Positions 1 through 13,005 of a stretch of 64,000 bases of DNA are shown piece after piece (positions within the stretch are counted from its first letter, which is position 1; each line of letters begins with the position of its first letter). The position numbers were made by a program, and so were the translations under genes. Origin of the DNA: Eledone cirrhosa (Eukaryota); contig OZ024741.1 of the NCBI GenBank assembly GCA_964016885.1, positions 152,024,001 through 152,088,000 on the forward strand, given 5' to 3'. The notes below the pieces were generated by a model. The model made no database searches. It was not told where the DNA came from and saw nothing but the letters and a program-made list of their open reading frames with translations.

Positions 1-427
1 TCAAATAATGGAGGTAGCAAAGGAATGGTCATAGTGTACATACACACATATACTCACACACACAGGCATATATAACCACATACACACATACATAAATATA
101 TATATACACATCAAGTATTATCATTGATAAACTATACATATACGCTCATACACATGTGTATATACATCATATATAGCAGCTCCCTCTACTTTCACCAACT
201 GGTTTCTCTAAAGTAAAACAATTTTGATAAACTTTGCTAATTTGATAAACTGAGGGTCATCACGTGATTAGGCATTGAGTTTGGTGGTATTTTGCGCCAA
301 AGAATGGTAGTGAATGTGGACAATAACAATTCATACCTGCTGTATTCAATAGTCAATGGAAGTTGGTTATGTTCTTGTGGAAATCCCCAAAATTAAAAAG
401 TATCGGAATTTTGTTTATGTATGTGTG

Positions 428-429
<2 letters not shown>

Positions 430-502
<73 letters not shown>

Positions 503-503
503 C

Positions 504-534
<31 letters not shown>

Positions 535-535
535 C
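430..535. repeat. (CT)n + (CTAT)n compound microsatellite
   Basis: Directly visible tandem repeats. Confidence 0.95.
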
Positions 536-599
536 TTAGTGTAAGTATTGGGTAAGTATGAAATTTGTATTTTTTTCTACAAATTTCATACTTGACAAC

Positions 600-2010
600 C
601 CAATAGGTTTTGTTGTTTTCTTTGGCTTCTTCGTAGTATGTATTGTCCTGTAGCATACTTTGTACTGTGTTGGTGTTATACTTAGTCTCTATAATGACAA
701 CAGTGCCTACTTAGTCGCCTTCTTTTATGATAATGTCTTTGTCCTGTTTCAGATCGTTTAAATGCTGCCATTGTTGTCTGGTAAAGTTAGACTTTGTGGC
801 TTTTCCTGTTTGTCAACTGGGAATTTCGAAATGTAATCACAAAATTCATCAAGAACTTCATTCCTGCCTTTTTGGTAGTTGATTCTCATTTTTGTTTTTA
901 ATTAGTGATTCATCATTGTCTTCTTTTTCGAAAAATTGTTCCGCTCCTCTATATCTTCTGCAGAAGTCCGAAATGTCATCTTTAATTTCTGTTATATTTA
1001 GTTTTTGATGAATGGGTATAAATTTTAGCCTTTTAACTAAAATGTCTATTTGTATGAGTGTTAGCGATTTTTGTGAGAGATTGATTATTTTCGGTTATTC
1101 ATGACTGTGGTCGATCCGGTATCCCTGTATTTCTGGGTCCTCTATAAAAAAAATGGTTAAGATAGGGTTCCTCTATATTATTCCTACTGTCAGTATTTTT
1201 TATGTTGTGGTTTTTGTAATTATTGTATATATCCATATTGTATATATTATTCTCTTCCCTGTACCCGTTCTTTATGTGTTGGCTATGGTTCAGTCTGAAA
1301 TTATTTCTATAATTCTGAGTATGAGGTCTGTTCTCTTTGAAGTTTCGATTTCTGCTTGTTGTCTTGTCATTATATGTATTTTTTCGTCGTGATTTCTTTT
1401 TAGCTGATTCTAGTTTCGTCCGAAATTATTTATGTACATTTGGGATTGGAGTGAGTTGTTTCCCTTTGATAGTCTATGTGTTCAAATGGTGGGAGTTGTC
1501 TTAGAAATTCATTGGTTCATTGGTTGGATATTGGGTTGTGTTGTGTGGATTGTGTCAGCGTAGCTTTTCGTGTTGTTAGCTTTCTGAGTTTTATTCTATT
1601 TTGAATTATTCTTCATAGTGTGAGAACCAGCTTTCGTTCTTCTCCCATCTTTGTAATGAGATTAGTTCCTCGTTCTCACATTCTTGCTTCCATTGTTTAG
1701 AAATATGGTCCAACTGTATTTTTTCGATTTCCATTTGTTTACCAGTCCTTGTAATTTGTGTCTTGTATGTTATCATATTTATATATTTCCAACTATTTTG
1801 AACAGGTGTTCCATACACAAATTTTTCTGCTAACTGTTGTCTAAATCTAGTAAGATTTCTTTTTAATTTCATTAATTTATTTACCTCTTCTTTAATAGGT
1901 GCTGGAAAGATTTCTCAAACCTCTTAGACATTTCTATAAAAATCTTGCAACTTTTAATACGTTTTCTGGCAAGCTTCTATTTTGTCTCTTGTCGGCATAT
2001 TTGAATCATT
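600..2010 (-). mobile_element. Degenerate Penelope-like element, N-terminal (pre-RT) region
   Basis: Minus-strand translation gives IINLSQKSLTLIQIDILVKRLKFIP...DDISDFCRR (about 960-1090) and SNFTRQQWQHLNDLKQDKDIIIKEGD*VGTVVII (about 690-790). These match the PLE 'NLS..LT..E..L.KGL.F.P' and 'IIKPADKG..VV' motifs. Many stops; the upstream boundary is uncertain. Confidence 0.65.
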
Positions 2011-2040
2011 TTCATTGTAATTATTATTATTATTATTATT

Positions 2041-2505
2041 TTCTTGGAGTCTCAGTCATTGATGTTATTTAACTGGAAAGTTTGTTCAAGTGAACATCAA
2101 GTCGCTACCTGCAGCCTCAGATGTTCCCAGCCACCCAGCAAGCATGCCTTTTCAAGTGTTCCAAAAAGGGGATGGACTAATATTCTTTAACCATCCGTGA
2201 AAACTCTTCGAGATAGTACCTAGTGCTCCTACGACAACCAGGACGACTTTGATCACATGACAGTCTGAAATCCTCTTTAATTCCCACTTTAAATCCTGGT
2301 ATTGGTTGATTTTCTCCTTCTCCTTTCCTTCCACTCTTGTGTCAAAGGGGCAGGCTACATCTACAATCAGGCACGATCTTTTTTCCTTGTCAAAAACCAC
2401 CGGGTCAGGCCTATTGTGTTCTAATTTCTTGTCTGCCTGTATCCTGAAATCCCATAGCACCTTCACTCGATCGTTTTCTATCACCGACTCTGGCTTTCTC
2501 ATGGC
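2041..2505 (-). mobile_element. R4/Dong-clade non-LTR retrotransposon, 5'-truncated 3' end (restriction-like endonuclease + 3' UTR)
   Basis: ORF 2152..2502 has VLWDF..NRPD..IVDVACP..KEKINQYQDL..VVVGALG, a PD-(D/E)xK RLE domain. The 3' UTR closely matches 24557-24634 and ends in (TAA)n at 2020-2040. Confidence 0.85.
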
Positions 2506-2869
2506 ACTGATAACATATGGTGCCTAGAGAAAGCAACACCAAAATTCAGCACGGAGCATATCAAGGAATCGAAATGACAGAAGTACGTTTTATTCCATCT
2601 TTGCTTTGATGTTTTTTCTGTTCAAATTCTAACTATCTGGTGAGGTCATAGCTGCTGCATAACAGTTATCACCGAAATATATATAACAGCGACTATGAAT
2701 AAACGGAGTTAATTTTAACTTGCTGACTTCTACTTCTTGTTTCTATATATATATATATTATGGTGAACTTTCTAAAGGTTTAGCTCCCACCCCTGTATCT
2801 TGTTTCAATTACCAAGAAACCAAACTATGCGAAACTTCAGGCGACCCTTCAGGCGACAACTGCAAGGCG

Positions 2870-3142
2870 ACCCTCATCGACCGTGAAATTTTGAAAGTTT
2901 TCGCCCGGAAAGTCATTTTTTCAGCTAAATATTTTTCATCTCGTATATAATTTTCTCGTGGATTAAAACCTTGTTTATACTTATTCTCGCTATTAGAAGG
3001 ATAAGTGACAATAAATATAATGGGGAAGGTAACTTGCAAAGCTGGGGACAGAGCGCAGGTATAGGGCAAACACCTATTTTTCGCTGGGGAACAGCAACAT
3101 TTTAACTTTCGGAAAATTACCCGTTGCTAAGGGCCACCCTAA
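2870..3142. mobile_element. hATm-like DNA transposon end fragment
   Basis: Terminus reads TTAGGGTGGCCCTTAGCAACGGGTAA on the minus strand, nearly identical to the terminus at 5975-6010. TAGGGTG ends are typical of hATm (from recall). Confidence 0.45.
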
Positions 3143-3244
3143 TATACATATATCTGTATGTGGTCGACAGCTGAGAGAAATGAGTACTCGGTATTGAGTA
3201 ATATATATATATCAAAATAAAGATCCGAAGGCATGGTATAAATT

Positions 3245-3335
3245 TCCAATCATTTTAATCACGACACATGTTTCAATAAGAGATAGATCGATCGTGTAGC
3301 CATGATCGATTATCACTGATCTCGTCAGCATCTAG
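3245..3335 (-). ncRNA. Degenerate hammerhead-like motif in a short repeat
   Basis: Minus strand: CTGACGAG...long self-complementary segment (atcgatc/gatcgat)...GAAACATGTGTC, with a palindromic helix III. Helix I pairing is poor. Confidence 0.3.
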
Positions 3336-3443
3336 CTGTTCCCATAAATGGAATTGGAGATATACAAAAGCGTGGAGATCTTAATATTGGTAACAAAAAT
3401 TTTATTGGACCGTTTGACACAACCAATAATACAGCTTACTATA

Positions 3444-4040
<597 letters not shown>

Positions 4041-4124
4041 CTATATATATATATATATATATATATATTTCGTTTCTGAATTTGTTTAGCAAGATTCTTT
4101 ATCTGAAAACGTGTGTTGAAACCG

Positions 4125-4461
4125 ATATTGTTATGCTTTGGGAGGGTCATGTTGCCAATAAGAAACACACGCACCAGTTGCTTTCACTTCAATTTATTAT
4201 AAATTAAATTTATAAATTTAGGAATTTATAAATTTCCGGGTGGTTGGTTGGTTCCACAACCAGACGATTGTTCATATATTATCAAAGTTATTTCGTCACA
4301 CATTCTGTGACCTCTTCAGTGAACAATCGTCTGGTTGTGGAACCAACCAACCAACCGGAAATTTATAAATTCCTAAATTTATAAATTTAATTTATAATAA
4401 ATTGAAGTGAAAGCAACTGGTGCGTGTGTTTCTTATTGGCAACATGACCCTCCCAAAGCAT

Positions 4462-4469
<8 letters not shown>
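4125..4469. repeat. 150-bp-arm near-perfect inverted repeat with a 45-nt loop
   Basis: 4125-4274 is the reverse complement of 4320-4469 (one mismatch seen). It abuts (TA)n, and a diverged homolog lies at 51146-51290. Confidence 0.9.
4265..4329 (-). ncRNA. Type I hammerhead ribozyme candidate
   Basis: Minus strand: cgattgttca CTGAAGA g gtcaca gaatg tgtgac GAAA ta..ta TA tgaacaatcg. Helix II is perfect (6 bp), helix I is supplied by the flanking inverted repeat, and helix III is weak. Confidence 0.55.
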
Positions 4470-4554
<85 letters not shown>

Positions 4555-4592
4555 GGTGTTAAAGTTTGCTTGAAGCATTGTGAAATATGTAA

Positions 4593-4646
4593 AATATGTA
4601 GTTTAGAAAGCCACAACATCTGCATTGTTGTGGCTTTCTAAACTAC

Positions 4647-4651
<5 letters not shown>
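4593..4651. repeat. Short fold-back (about 25-bp arms) between (TA)n tracts
   Basis: aatatgtagtttagaaagccacaac / gttgtggctttctaaactacatatt. Confidence 0.85.
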
Positions 4652-4697
<46 letters not shown>

Positions 4698-4824
4698 TTA
4701 TATATATATGATATGTATATATATATGCTCTCCTTACTATCCTTGCTTTCATATTTCTCATTGCTCTTCTTTTCTCATTGTATTTGTATATAAACAAGTA
4801 CACAGATACAAGTACACAGATACA

Positions 4825-5232
4825 AGGAGAAAGGGAGAGCAAGAAGAAAAAGCAGAGCAAGGCGAGCAAGGAGAATAAGGCTTAAAAGGAGAGCAAGGAG
4901 AGAAATGGGAAAAGGAGAGCAAGGAGAGGAAGGATAAAAGAGAGCAAGGAGGACAATGTTAAAAGGAGATCAAGGAGAGCAATGAGAAAAAGAGAGCAAG
5001 GAGAGTAATGAGAAAAGGAGAGCAGGAGAGCAAGGGCAAAGGGAGAGCAAGGAAAGCAATGATAAAGGAGAGCAAGGGGAGCAATGACAAAGGGAGAGCA
5101 GGGAGAGCAAGTAGAGGAAAACGAAAAGGAGAGCAAGGAGAGCAATGGGAAAAGGAGAGCAATGAGAAAAAGGAGAACAAGGTGAGCAAGGAGAGCAATG
5201 AAAAAAGGAGAGCAAAGAGAGCAAGGAGAGGT
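4825..5232 (+). repeat. Purine-rich degenerate minisatellite (GGAGAGCAA core)
   Basis: Repeated aggagagcaa/aggagagcaatg units. These explain the low-complexity ORFs here. Confidence 0.85.
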
Positions 5233-5234
5233 TA

Positions 5235-6006
5235 AGGCAAATATTGCTCAAGTTATGCTGGAAGCAGTCAAAGGTGAAAAATCAACTGAAGAGGTACATT
5301 CTGCACCAAAATGATTTTTCTTCCTTTATAAACATCGACTTTTTGTCTTTTGTAACTCCTGGTACAAAAACTTTCTTCACGAGATTTTCTATCAGCACCG
5401 ATTTCCTCGACAAAACCCTTCAACGTGGAAGGATGATCCTGGTTACAAAAGTGGACTTGAAAAACTTGAGAAGACAGTTGTTGTGAATGATGTTGCAGAA
5501 AGAGGTGTCAAACTCATTCAGGATTACGATAACATTCTCACAAAAGATGAAACTGAGAAACAATTTGTTTTATAGATCCGTAAAACATACCCAACTGCCA
5601 CTAAATCCTCTTATGCAAAAATAATTGTTTCTACTTTAGGCACAAGGCCAGCAAATTACCAGTGCATTACTGGTACTTTATTTTATCGACCCCGTAAGGA
5701 TGAAAGGCAAAGTCAACCTCGGCGGGATTTGAACTCTTATGCAAAAATAATGTTTAATATTCAGTGTTCAGTGTTCACATTATGTTTTTGATTCTATAGG
5801 AATTATTTTTGTAAATGAAAATGCGTTTCTCTTATAGAAGTTGTGTACCTTATTAAGAAAACCTAATACTTCTTAAGTTTTTCATGTTATTTCAGGAATT
5901 TTCCAAACTAACTATTGGTAAATTTGATTCAGAACGTTTTTAACATTTGCTGGGGTTGCCTGGATGTGTCCACATTTCGGAAAGTTACCTATTGCTAAGG
6001 GCCAGC

Positions 6007-6010
<4 letters not shown>
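5235..6010 (+). mobile_element. hATm-like DNA transposon 3' remnant, interrupted by a SINE
   Basis: About 5478-5575 translates VVNDVAERGVKLIQDYDNILTKDETEKQFVL, a hAT-like C-terminal motif. The terminus ...TTGCTAAGGGCCAGCCTAA matches the end at about 3140. Confidence 0.55.
5622..5736 (-). mobile_element. tRNA-derived SINE family 1, 5'-truncated
   Basis: Matches the copies at 9069, 17703 and 33381. A duplication of ctcttatgcaaaaataat flanks it (TSD-like). Confidence 0.85.
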
Positions 6011-6086
<76 letters not shown>

Positions 6087-6092
<6 letters not shown>

Positions 6093-6410
6093 AGAAAAAA
6101 AGCGAATCAGTGTTGCGACGAATGGAATTTATTGGACATATTACAATCGTTTCTCTGGCGACCAGCTCGATTTTCAGAGTCAGGTTCGATCATCACGTGA
6201 ATCGTGCCGTGCTGAATGAACCTGACTCTGAAAATGGCAAGGTCCTCAGATACGTCTTGATTCTACGAAGCAGATTTTCCTATCATAGGAAAATCTGCTT
6301 CGTAGAATCAAGACGTATATGAGGACCTTGCGATTTTCAGAGTCAGGTTCGATCATCACAATGATCGTGCCTCGAGCTGGTCGCAACACTGATTCTCTTT
6401 TTTCTGTGAC
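6087..6410. repeat. Nested fold-back element next to (TA)n
   Basis: Outer inverted repeat cacagaaaaaaagcgaatcagtgttgcgac / gtcgcaacactgattctcttttttctgtg. Inner near-perfect palindrome 6218-6350 centred on 6284. Confidence 0.85.
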
Positions 6411-6488
6411 ATCATACTCTGCTGCTCTACGAGAGCATCGAGTGCTCATACGGCCTACTGCATACGGACGCTTTAAGCATCCAACACC

Positions 6489-6556
<68 letters not shown>

Positions 6557-6559
<3 letters not shown>

Positions 6560-6977
6560 TCTCGCTTGTTTGCGTTTATCAAAACCACACACTCGCCTGC
6601 CAAATATACTATGCATACATTCATACTTCGCTATTTAAGAGCACCAATCCTAATACCTAATTTTTGCTGGACCGGCAATCACTCTGTTTAATCAGCTCCT
6701 GATTATTACTGGAATTCTATAAGAATCCAATTTCTATAGTTTTCGGCGAAGGTATGGGAGTGTATGGTTTTGATAAACGCCAACAAGAGAGAAACAGACT
6801 GGCAATCACTCTCCCTTTGTTTTCGCCGAAAATAAGTAAGTGACATAGTCACTACTTTAAAACTCAGAGCGAATGGTCTTCTAAATGTTTTTAATTAAAC
6901 ATACGGTACGTTGCCAAATATACTATACATACATTCATGAATACATCGGTATTTCAGAGCACCAATACTAATACCTG
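6557..6977. repeat. Short repeat with a direct plus inverted internal duplication (PLE pseudo-LTR-like layout)
   Basis: 6598-6658 is repeated at 6912-6977, and 6557-6590 is inverted at about 6763-6796. It lies between (TA)n tracts. Confidence 0.55.
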
Positions 6978-6991
6978 TATATATATATATA

Positions 6992-7034
<43 letters not shown>

Positions 7035-7139
7035 CTCTTCAAGATCCGACCTAATTCGCTTACTGAGTGGGGTGGAACTCATCAAATCGAACCAGAGAAA
7101 TAGTGTTCCCATCTTTCCATGGATACTATCTATCAGTTC

Positions 7140-7275
7140 TAACTCCTGGCAGAAAGAGCCACGTGAAATAATGTGTCTTGCGTAAGGACATAACGCATCA
7201 CCCGAGCTGGGAATCAAACTCGTAACCTCACAATTGTGAATCCAACTCATTAACCACTATGCCACACGTCTTCAC
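7140..7275 (-). mobile_element. tRNA-derived SINE family 2, 5' fragment
   Basis: Minus strand has A-box-like TGGCATAGTGG and B-box-like GAGTTTGATTCC. It is similar to 61430-61530. Confidence 0.6.
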
Positions 7276-7454
7276 TATTCAATATTTTATTATATTGATA
7301 TATATGTTCGTATTATGTAACTGTATGCATTTTCTGCTGATACTACTCATATATCCATATGTATCCATGCCAATACGGACATATTTTGATAAACTATATG
7401 TTCTCATTTGCTTGACCCGGATTTCCTCTTTTCACCTTTGTTTTTTCATTTCTT

Positions 7455-7488
<34 letters not shown>

Positions 7489-7507
7489 GTCTCTCTCTCT
7501 CTCTCTT

Positions 7508-7548
<41 letters not shown>

Positions 7549-8028
7549 TTCCCTCGTTCTCTCTGTTTCCTTCTCTTTTCTTAATGTCTCTTCCTTGTTT
7601 CCTGCTGATACTTCCTGCCTTCAGATCATTGATTTAGCCCTCGCTCCATATTTCATCGACGAAAGTCAATTTTCCCTTGCTTCTGGCGTCATGCACAATC
7701 TGTTGTCCATTCAATTCTAGTTGTAATCTTTCCCGTATATATCCTTTTTGGTTGAAAAACACCCATAAATTTCTGTCCTGTCTATTCCTTGTTTTTCTTA
7801 CCGTCTCACATGCATCACATCAACTAAACTGGTTCCGATCTGGTGGCAAACTGACATTACAAATGCAATACTAACATAATGCACGAAACTGTACTGTCAG
7901 CAAAGTGGCTAAAGAGGTAACGATGCCTTTTTCTGGGTTATTTAACTGTGTATATTTTCTAGTGATACTATATTCATATATATCCACGCCAATACGCACT
8001 TATCTTGATATAATATATATATATATAC

Positions 8029-8132
<104 letters not shown>

Positions 8133-9068
8133 GTACAAATACACACCCAGATACACACACATATGTATGTAATATATATAAATTGATTAGAGCAAAAAGC
8201 AGGAAACAACTCCCTCAGCGCGAATATATAACTGAAAATCGAGGGAAGAAATTGCTTTGAATATTTGAATATATTCTTGCTTGTCATTGCAAACAAATTC
8301 GACTTAGTCAATCGTTATGATTTAAATTTTCCTTGTCGAGGTTCATCGTATTGTAATACAGCAGAAAATATAACATAGATGTTTTAAAAACGAAATGGTT
8401 GATTGCTAACGTCAATAAAGTAGGATTTAGCTAAGAATAGCCGTAAGCAGTACCATTTTAAGATTTCTCCTTACCCATAGAGCTATTATCTGTTTCATAC
8501 ATGTAAGTATACATATATATGTCTGTGTTTGTGTATATATGGGATTTAATTTGAGTGTGTATGTATGTATGTATGTATGTATGTATGTATGTATGTATGT
8601 ATGTATGTATGTATGTATGTATGAATGTATGAATGTATGTTGTAAGTGTGTATGTAATGTATGTAAGTATATATGTAATGTATGATTGTATGTATGTATG
8701 TTTGTATGTATGTATGTTTGTATGTATGTGTATATTTATGTATACAGACATAAACACATGCACACACACCCACACATACATATAGAGAGAGAGAAAAAAA
8801 GAAAAAGAGTGAGAGGAGGAGAGAGGAAGAAGAAGGATTGCATCATGTTTCATAAATAATATCCAAATTATCATATTATAAAAAATATTTAGGACTCGCT
8901 ACAGCAGTGGATAGTAACATATATATTTATAAAGTAATACGAGTTAATTTGTTTTGAAGACAACTTTTTTGATTAGTAAAGGGGAATGACTTCTCCATAG
9001 TGACTAATTTCTCCTTAAATGTCTTCGCTGGTCTTTATTTGAAGGAGAAGAAAACATGGATATTATTA

Positions 9069-9262
9069 GGGCGGTGACTTGGTAGTATCGGTAGCGGGTC
9101 GGACGCCATGCTTTGCAGCAAAGAGTTACGGCTCTTTATGATCTGAGTTCAAATCCCGCCGAGGTTAATTTTGCCTTTCATCCTTACGGGATGGATAAAA
9201 TAAAGTACCAGTAATACACTGGGATAATTGCTGGCCTTGTGCCAAAAGTAGAAACAATTATT
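9069..9262 (+). mobile_element. tRNA-derived SINE family 1, full length
   Basis: GGCGG start, A-box-like TGGTAGTATCGG, B-box GAGTTCAAATCC, and 3' end GGCCTTGTGCCAAAAGTAGAAACAATTATT. ATTATT lies on both sides. Confidence 0.9.
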
Positions 9263-10499
9263 AAGGAAGATTAATTCCCATGAAAGAGGGAATATAGCAA
9301 AAACTAACACATATGTAAGGTAATGATAGAAGGATAAGGATGGATGACGGAAGATTAAAATTTATGGTGAAGCAATATCAGATGTTTGTGCCTATATTTG
9401 GTTCTAGTCGGGTTATTATGTGCTTTTCCCTGTAGCGTAATAGATGTTTATCGAAGTATTTCCACTTCCCGCATACCGCTGATGCGGGGTTTTAATATCA
9501 GTCTTCGTTAAGGAATTTCTTATTGATCTGCCTTTTCTTAGTCGTGCACAGATCACTCAGTTTGCTTTTACGTCTAATTTTGTTGGGTCTGGATTTTTCT
9601 AGGATTTTTCATTTGATATTGATTTTTCATTTAACTAAGATATCAACTTAAACGCTATATCATAGTTATTCATAAAGCACCTATTTCGCAACTTCAAAAC
9701 AGAATTTTTCATTCGATGAAAAACATATATGCACAGACAACTATTGTTGCTTCGCCTTAGACTTCCTTTACTTTTTCCTCTTATACATTTCCTCCTTCTA
9801 TCCATCGTCTACTTAGTTTTTCGCCTCCAACCATCTTCCTTGCTCCTCACCTCTGACGTATTCCCCCTATTGATGGACTCTAATCCCCCTTAACCCCACA
9901 TAACATTTTTACTCTTCAATTTCATACATAAAAGCATAGGTGCACACATGCATACGTACATATTGTCGTACACGCATATATACATACATATATGAGTACA
10001 TAATACAAACATATATGCACACACACATAAATACATACATATATACATACATATGTATATGTAACATATATATATGTGTGTGTGTGCGCGTGTGTATGTG
10101 TGTGTGTATGTGTGTGCGCGCGTGTATGTGTGTGTGTGTGTGTGTGTACATTGACAAATTGTGAATGACATCATATGCGCGTGATTCTTAGATACATTTT
10201 CTGTCTAAATAAGCCTGTGTTTAAACCACAGTAGTTTATCTCTTTCTGTCTGTTTTTCTCCCTCTTCGCCCCCCTCTCTCAGTAGAATGTAACTCTCTTT
10301 GCCGAATGTAACCGAAAACAACACTTACAAATACAGAGGATAAAAAGTAACAAAAAGGAAGTTTTTCTTCCCTTGCTGGAATCTAACCCAAGTAGTTGTC
10401 AGAGATGTCAAACGACATGTAATGCAACCATGTATCGATTGTGTCTTTTCTTGTGATTTAAAAACTATCTTAACACAGCTGACTTGTTCTTTCTTATTC

Positions 10500-10990
10500 A
10501 GTCTATTGAAACATGTTCAAATATGTTGTAATAAATTCCAGTATGTTCTAATATATTTTTATATATACAAATATGTTAGAACATAATCCTCTGCTATTCA
10601 ATATGATGCAATATCTTCCAATATTTTTCAATATATTCCATTACATTTTAATATATTCGAGCATGGTCTAATATATTCCTGTGTATTTTCATATATTCCA
10701 ACATGATATAACATAATCCACTACAATTTAATATATTACAATATCTTCCAACGCTTTCTGATATAATCTAACATGATTCAATGTGTTCTTCTAGTTTGTT
10801 TTCCTATGGTTCAATATGTTCTAAAATGTTGCAATATTTTCAATATATTCCAATACATCTAAATACACTCCCGTACATTCCAATATTTTTCAATATCTTT
10901 CAACGTGATACAGTATGTTTTAATATATTTCAGTGTTTTCCAATAGTTTAGATATGTCCCAAATATCTCTGCCCAATAAGTTACAATATT
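10500..10990. repeat. Degenerate ~10-11 bp period tandem repeat (AATATATTCC-like)
   Basis: Recurrent aatatgttct/aatatattcc/aatatcttcc/aatatttttc units. Confidence 0.7.
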
Positions 10991-10999
10991 TTTGAAATA

Positions 11000-12610
11000 A
11001 GTACATTTATTGTTTCGGTAAAAAATTTACTTTTAAGTGTTTATTTCTAAATTTAGTTTCCACTGGTTATTTTAAATTTAGTTCCAACTTCCTTTTAAAT
11101 TTTTTTTCTCTCTGACAACTTATAATTTTGTATTTCACTTTACAGATAATAATGTTATATTTTGCTTTTGAATATTTTTGATTATCTTTTAAAGTTGATT
11201 TTGACTGTTTATCTAATTTTCTTTGTATTATTTTTAGATCTGTCCGTAATAGTATTTAAAATCTGTTTTTTGATAGTTTTTTTTATATATATTAACGGAT
11301 TTTAAAATGCGATCTCAGCCATTTCTTTTTTAAATCTTCTTTCAAATCCTGTTTCTTTCATTATTTTTTATAATTTGACCATTTTTATTTTTAATAAGAA
11401 AAATTCTACTTTTTCCCCAATGCTTTTGAATCTTTTCTACTGAATTTATTTTGAAGTAATTTTTTTAATCTATTTTCACTTTATGTTTTAATATCCTTTG
11501 AAATATTTCATTTGATTTTGTTTCCGACTGTTTCATGTATGTTTTTACATCTGATTTTATCCATAATTTTGTAAAATTTTATTTCGGAGCAGTTGTTTTT
11601 CAACTAGTTGTCCATTTGATTAAAATTTGATTTTTTTTTAAAGTCTACTTTCGATCATTTGATTTTGACTTAATGTTTATTTTTCTCTCATTTATGAAAA
11701 ACATTTCATTTTTATGATTTTTCATATAGCTTTGATTGTTTTTGTAAACTTTGACTCTAAATGATTCAGACTTTTAAGTTTATTTTCTCAAATATTTTCT
11801 AGCTTTCTTTCACAATTCACAATTAACGAAATATGTATGTATATATACAAATGTATGCATGTATGTAAGTATGTGTGTAAGTATGAATGTATGTATGTGT
11901 GTAATTATGCATGTATGTGTGTATGTATGTATATACGTATGTATGCATTTATGTATGTATGTGTGTAGGTTTTCGTGTAGGCTTGTGTGAAGGTTTGTGT
12001 GCATGTATGTGTTTATGAATGTATGCATGTATGTATGTGTGTATGTATGTATGCATGTATACGTGCATGCATGTATGTATATATTCAAATTCAAACAAGA
12101 AATTCATAAATTTTTACTTTCATTATTTACAGACTTCGTTTTGTTTTGATTTGTAATTTAACTAGGTTATTTTAAATTTTGAAATATAGTCGTAAATATT
12201 TTCACACGGGTAACATTTTAATTAGCTAAATATTTTTTAAAAATTTAAATTCAAACAGAAATCTCATAAATTGTTAATTCAATTATTTATTATTATATTT
12301 TGCTTTTGACCGATGATATTTTAAATGTTATTTTTAATAGGTATTTTTAATCATCTTACATGATTTACTACATTTTTCCATAATTTAGTATTAAACAAAT
12401 ATCATATTTTAAAAATTCAAAGAAAGAAATAATTATTTTAAATTAGTTCTGTTGTTTATTTATACTGCATTATTTTATAATTTGATTACTTTTTTAACTT
12501 GATTTATTTCATCGAACTTGATTTATTTCTTGAGTTAATTAATTATACTCTATCAAAAAGCGTTTCATTATAATTAGAACTATAATCTATTACATATTTT
12601 ATTCTTTTTT
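11000..12610. repeat. T-rich low-complexity region with an embedded (TATG)n tract
   Basis: Strong T skew on the + strand and no meaningful ORF. (TATG)n-like tract at 11830-12085. Confidence 0.7.
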
Positions 12611-12789
12611 CTGATGTTACTGCTGCCGTGCTGGCACATCCTTCAAGATTTAAATGTAATGATAAATATTATTGAATGATTATACCTAAACAAATGGTGA
12701 TTTATCAACCAGGCTAAATATGCTCTATCGAGGCAGTGAATACCAACTAAGAATATGATAACTAAGGACAATATCTATGCATATTTAAA

Positions 12790-13005
12790 GGCCAGTGTGA
12801 TTGGCATAATCGTTAAATCGTTAGACACATGATTTTCTGTATTTGTTGTGGTGCATTACTTTCTGAGTTCACATCCAACCGAGAGCAATTTTGCCTCTCC
12901 TTTTTTCATGGTCGATAGAATAAAAGAGACATCAAGAGCTACGATCGATATAATGGGTTTTTTAGCGCTCAAATAGCTGGCCCCAAGCTTAATCAAGAGA
13001 CTGTC
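12790..13005 (+). mobile_element. Old diverged SINE family 1-related copy
   Basis: ttggcataatcgtta...ctgagttcacatcc..ccgag..aattttgcct..ggtcgatagaataaa aligns by eye with family 1. Confidence 0.6.

Noticed and set aside
4825-5232. CRISPR-like or coding repeat array
   Set aside because: Units are short and degenerate with no unique spacers, the context is eukaryotic, and no cas genes are present.
9069-9165. Functional tRNA genes at the A/B-box matches
   Set aside because: The boxes belong to multi-copy SINE heads with extended spacing and no intact cloverleaf.
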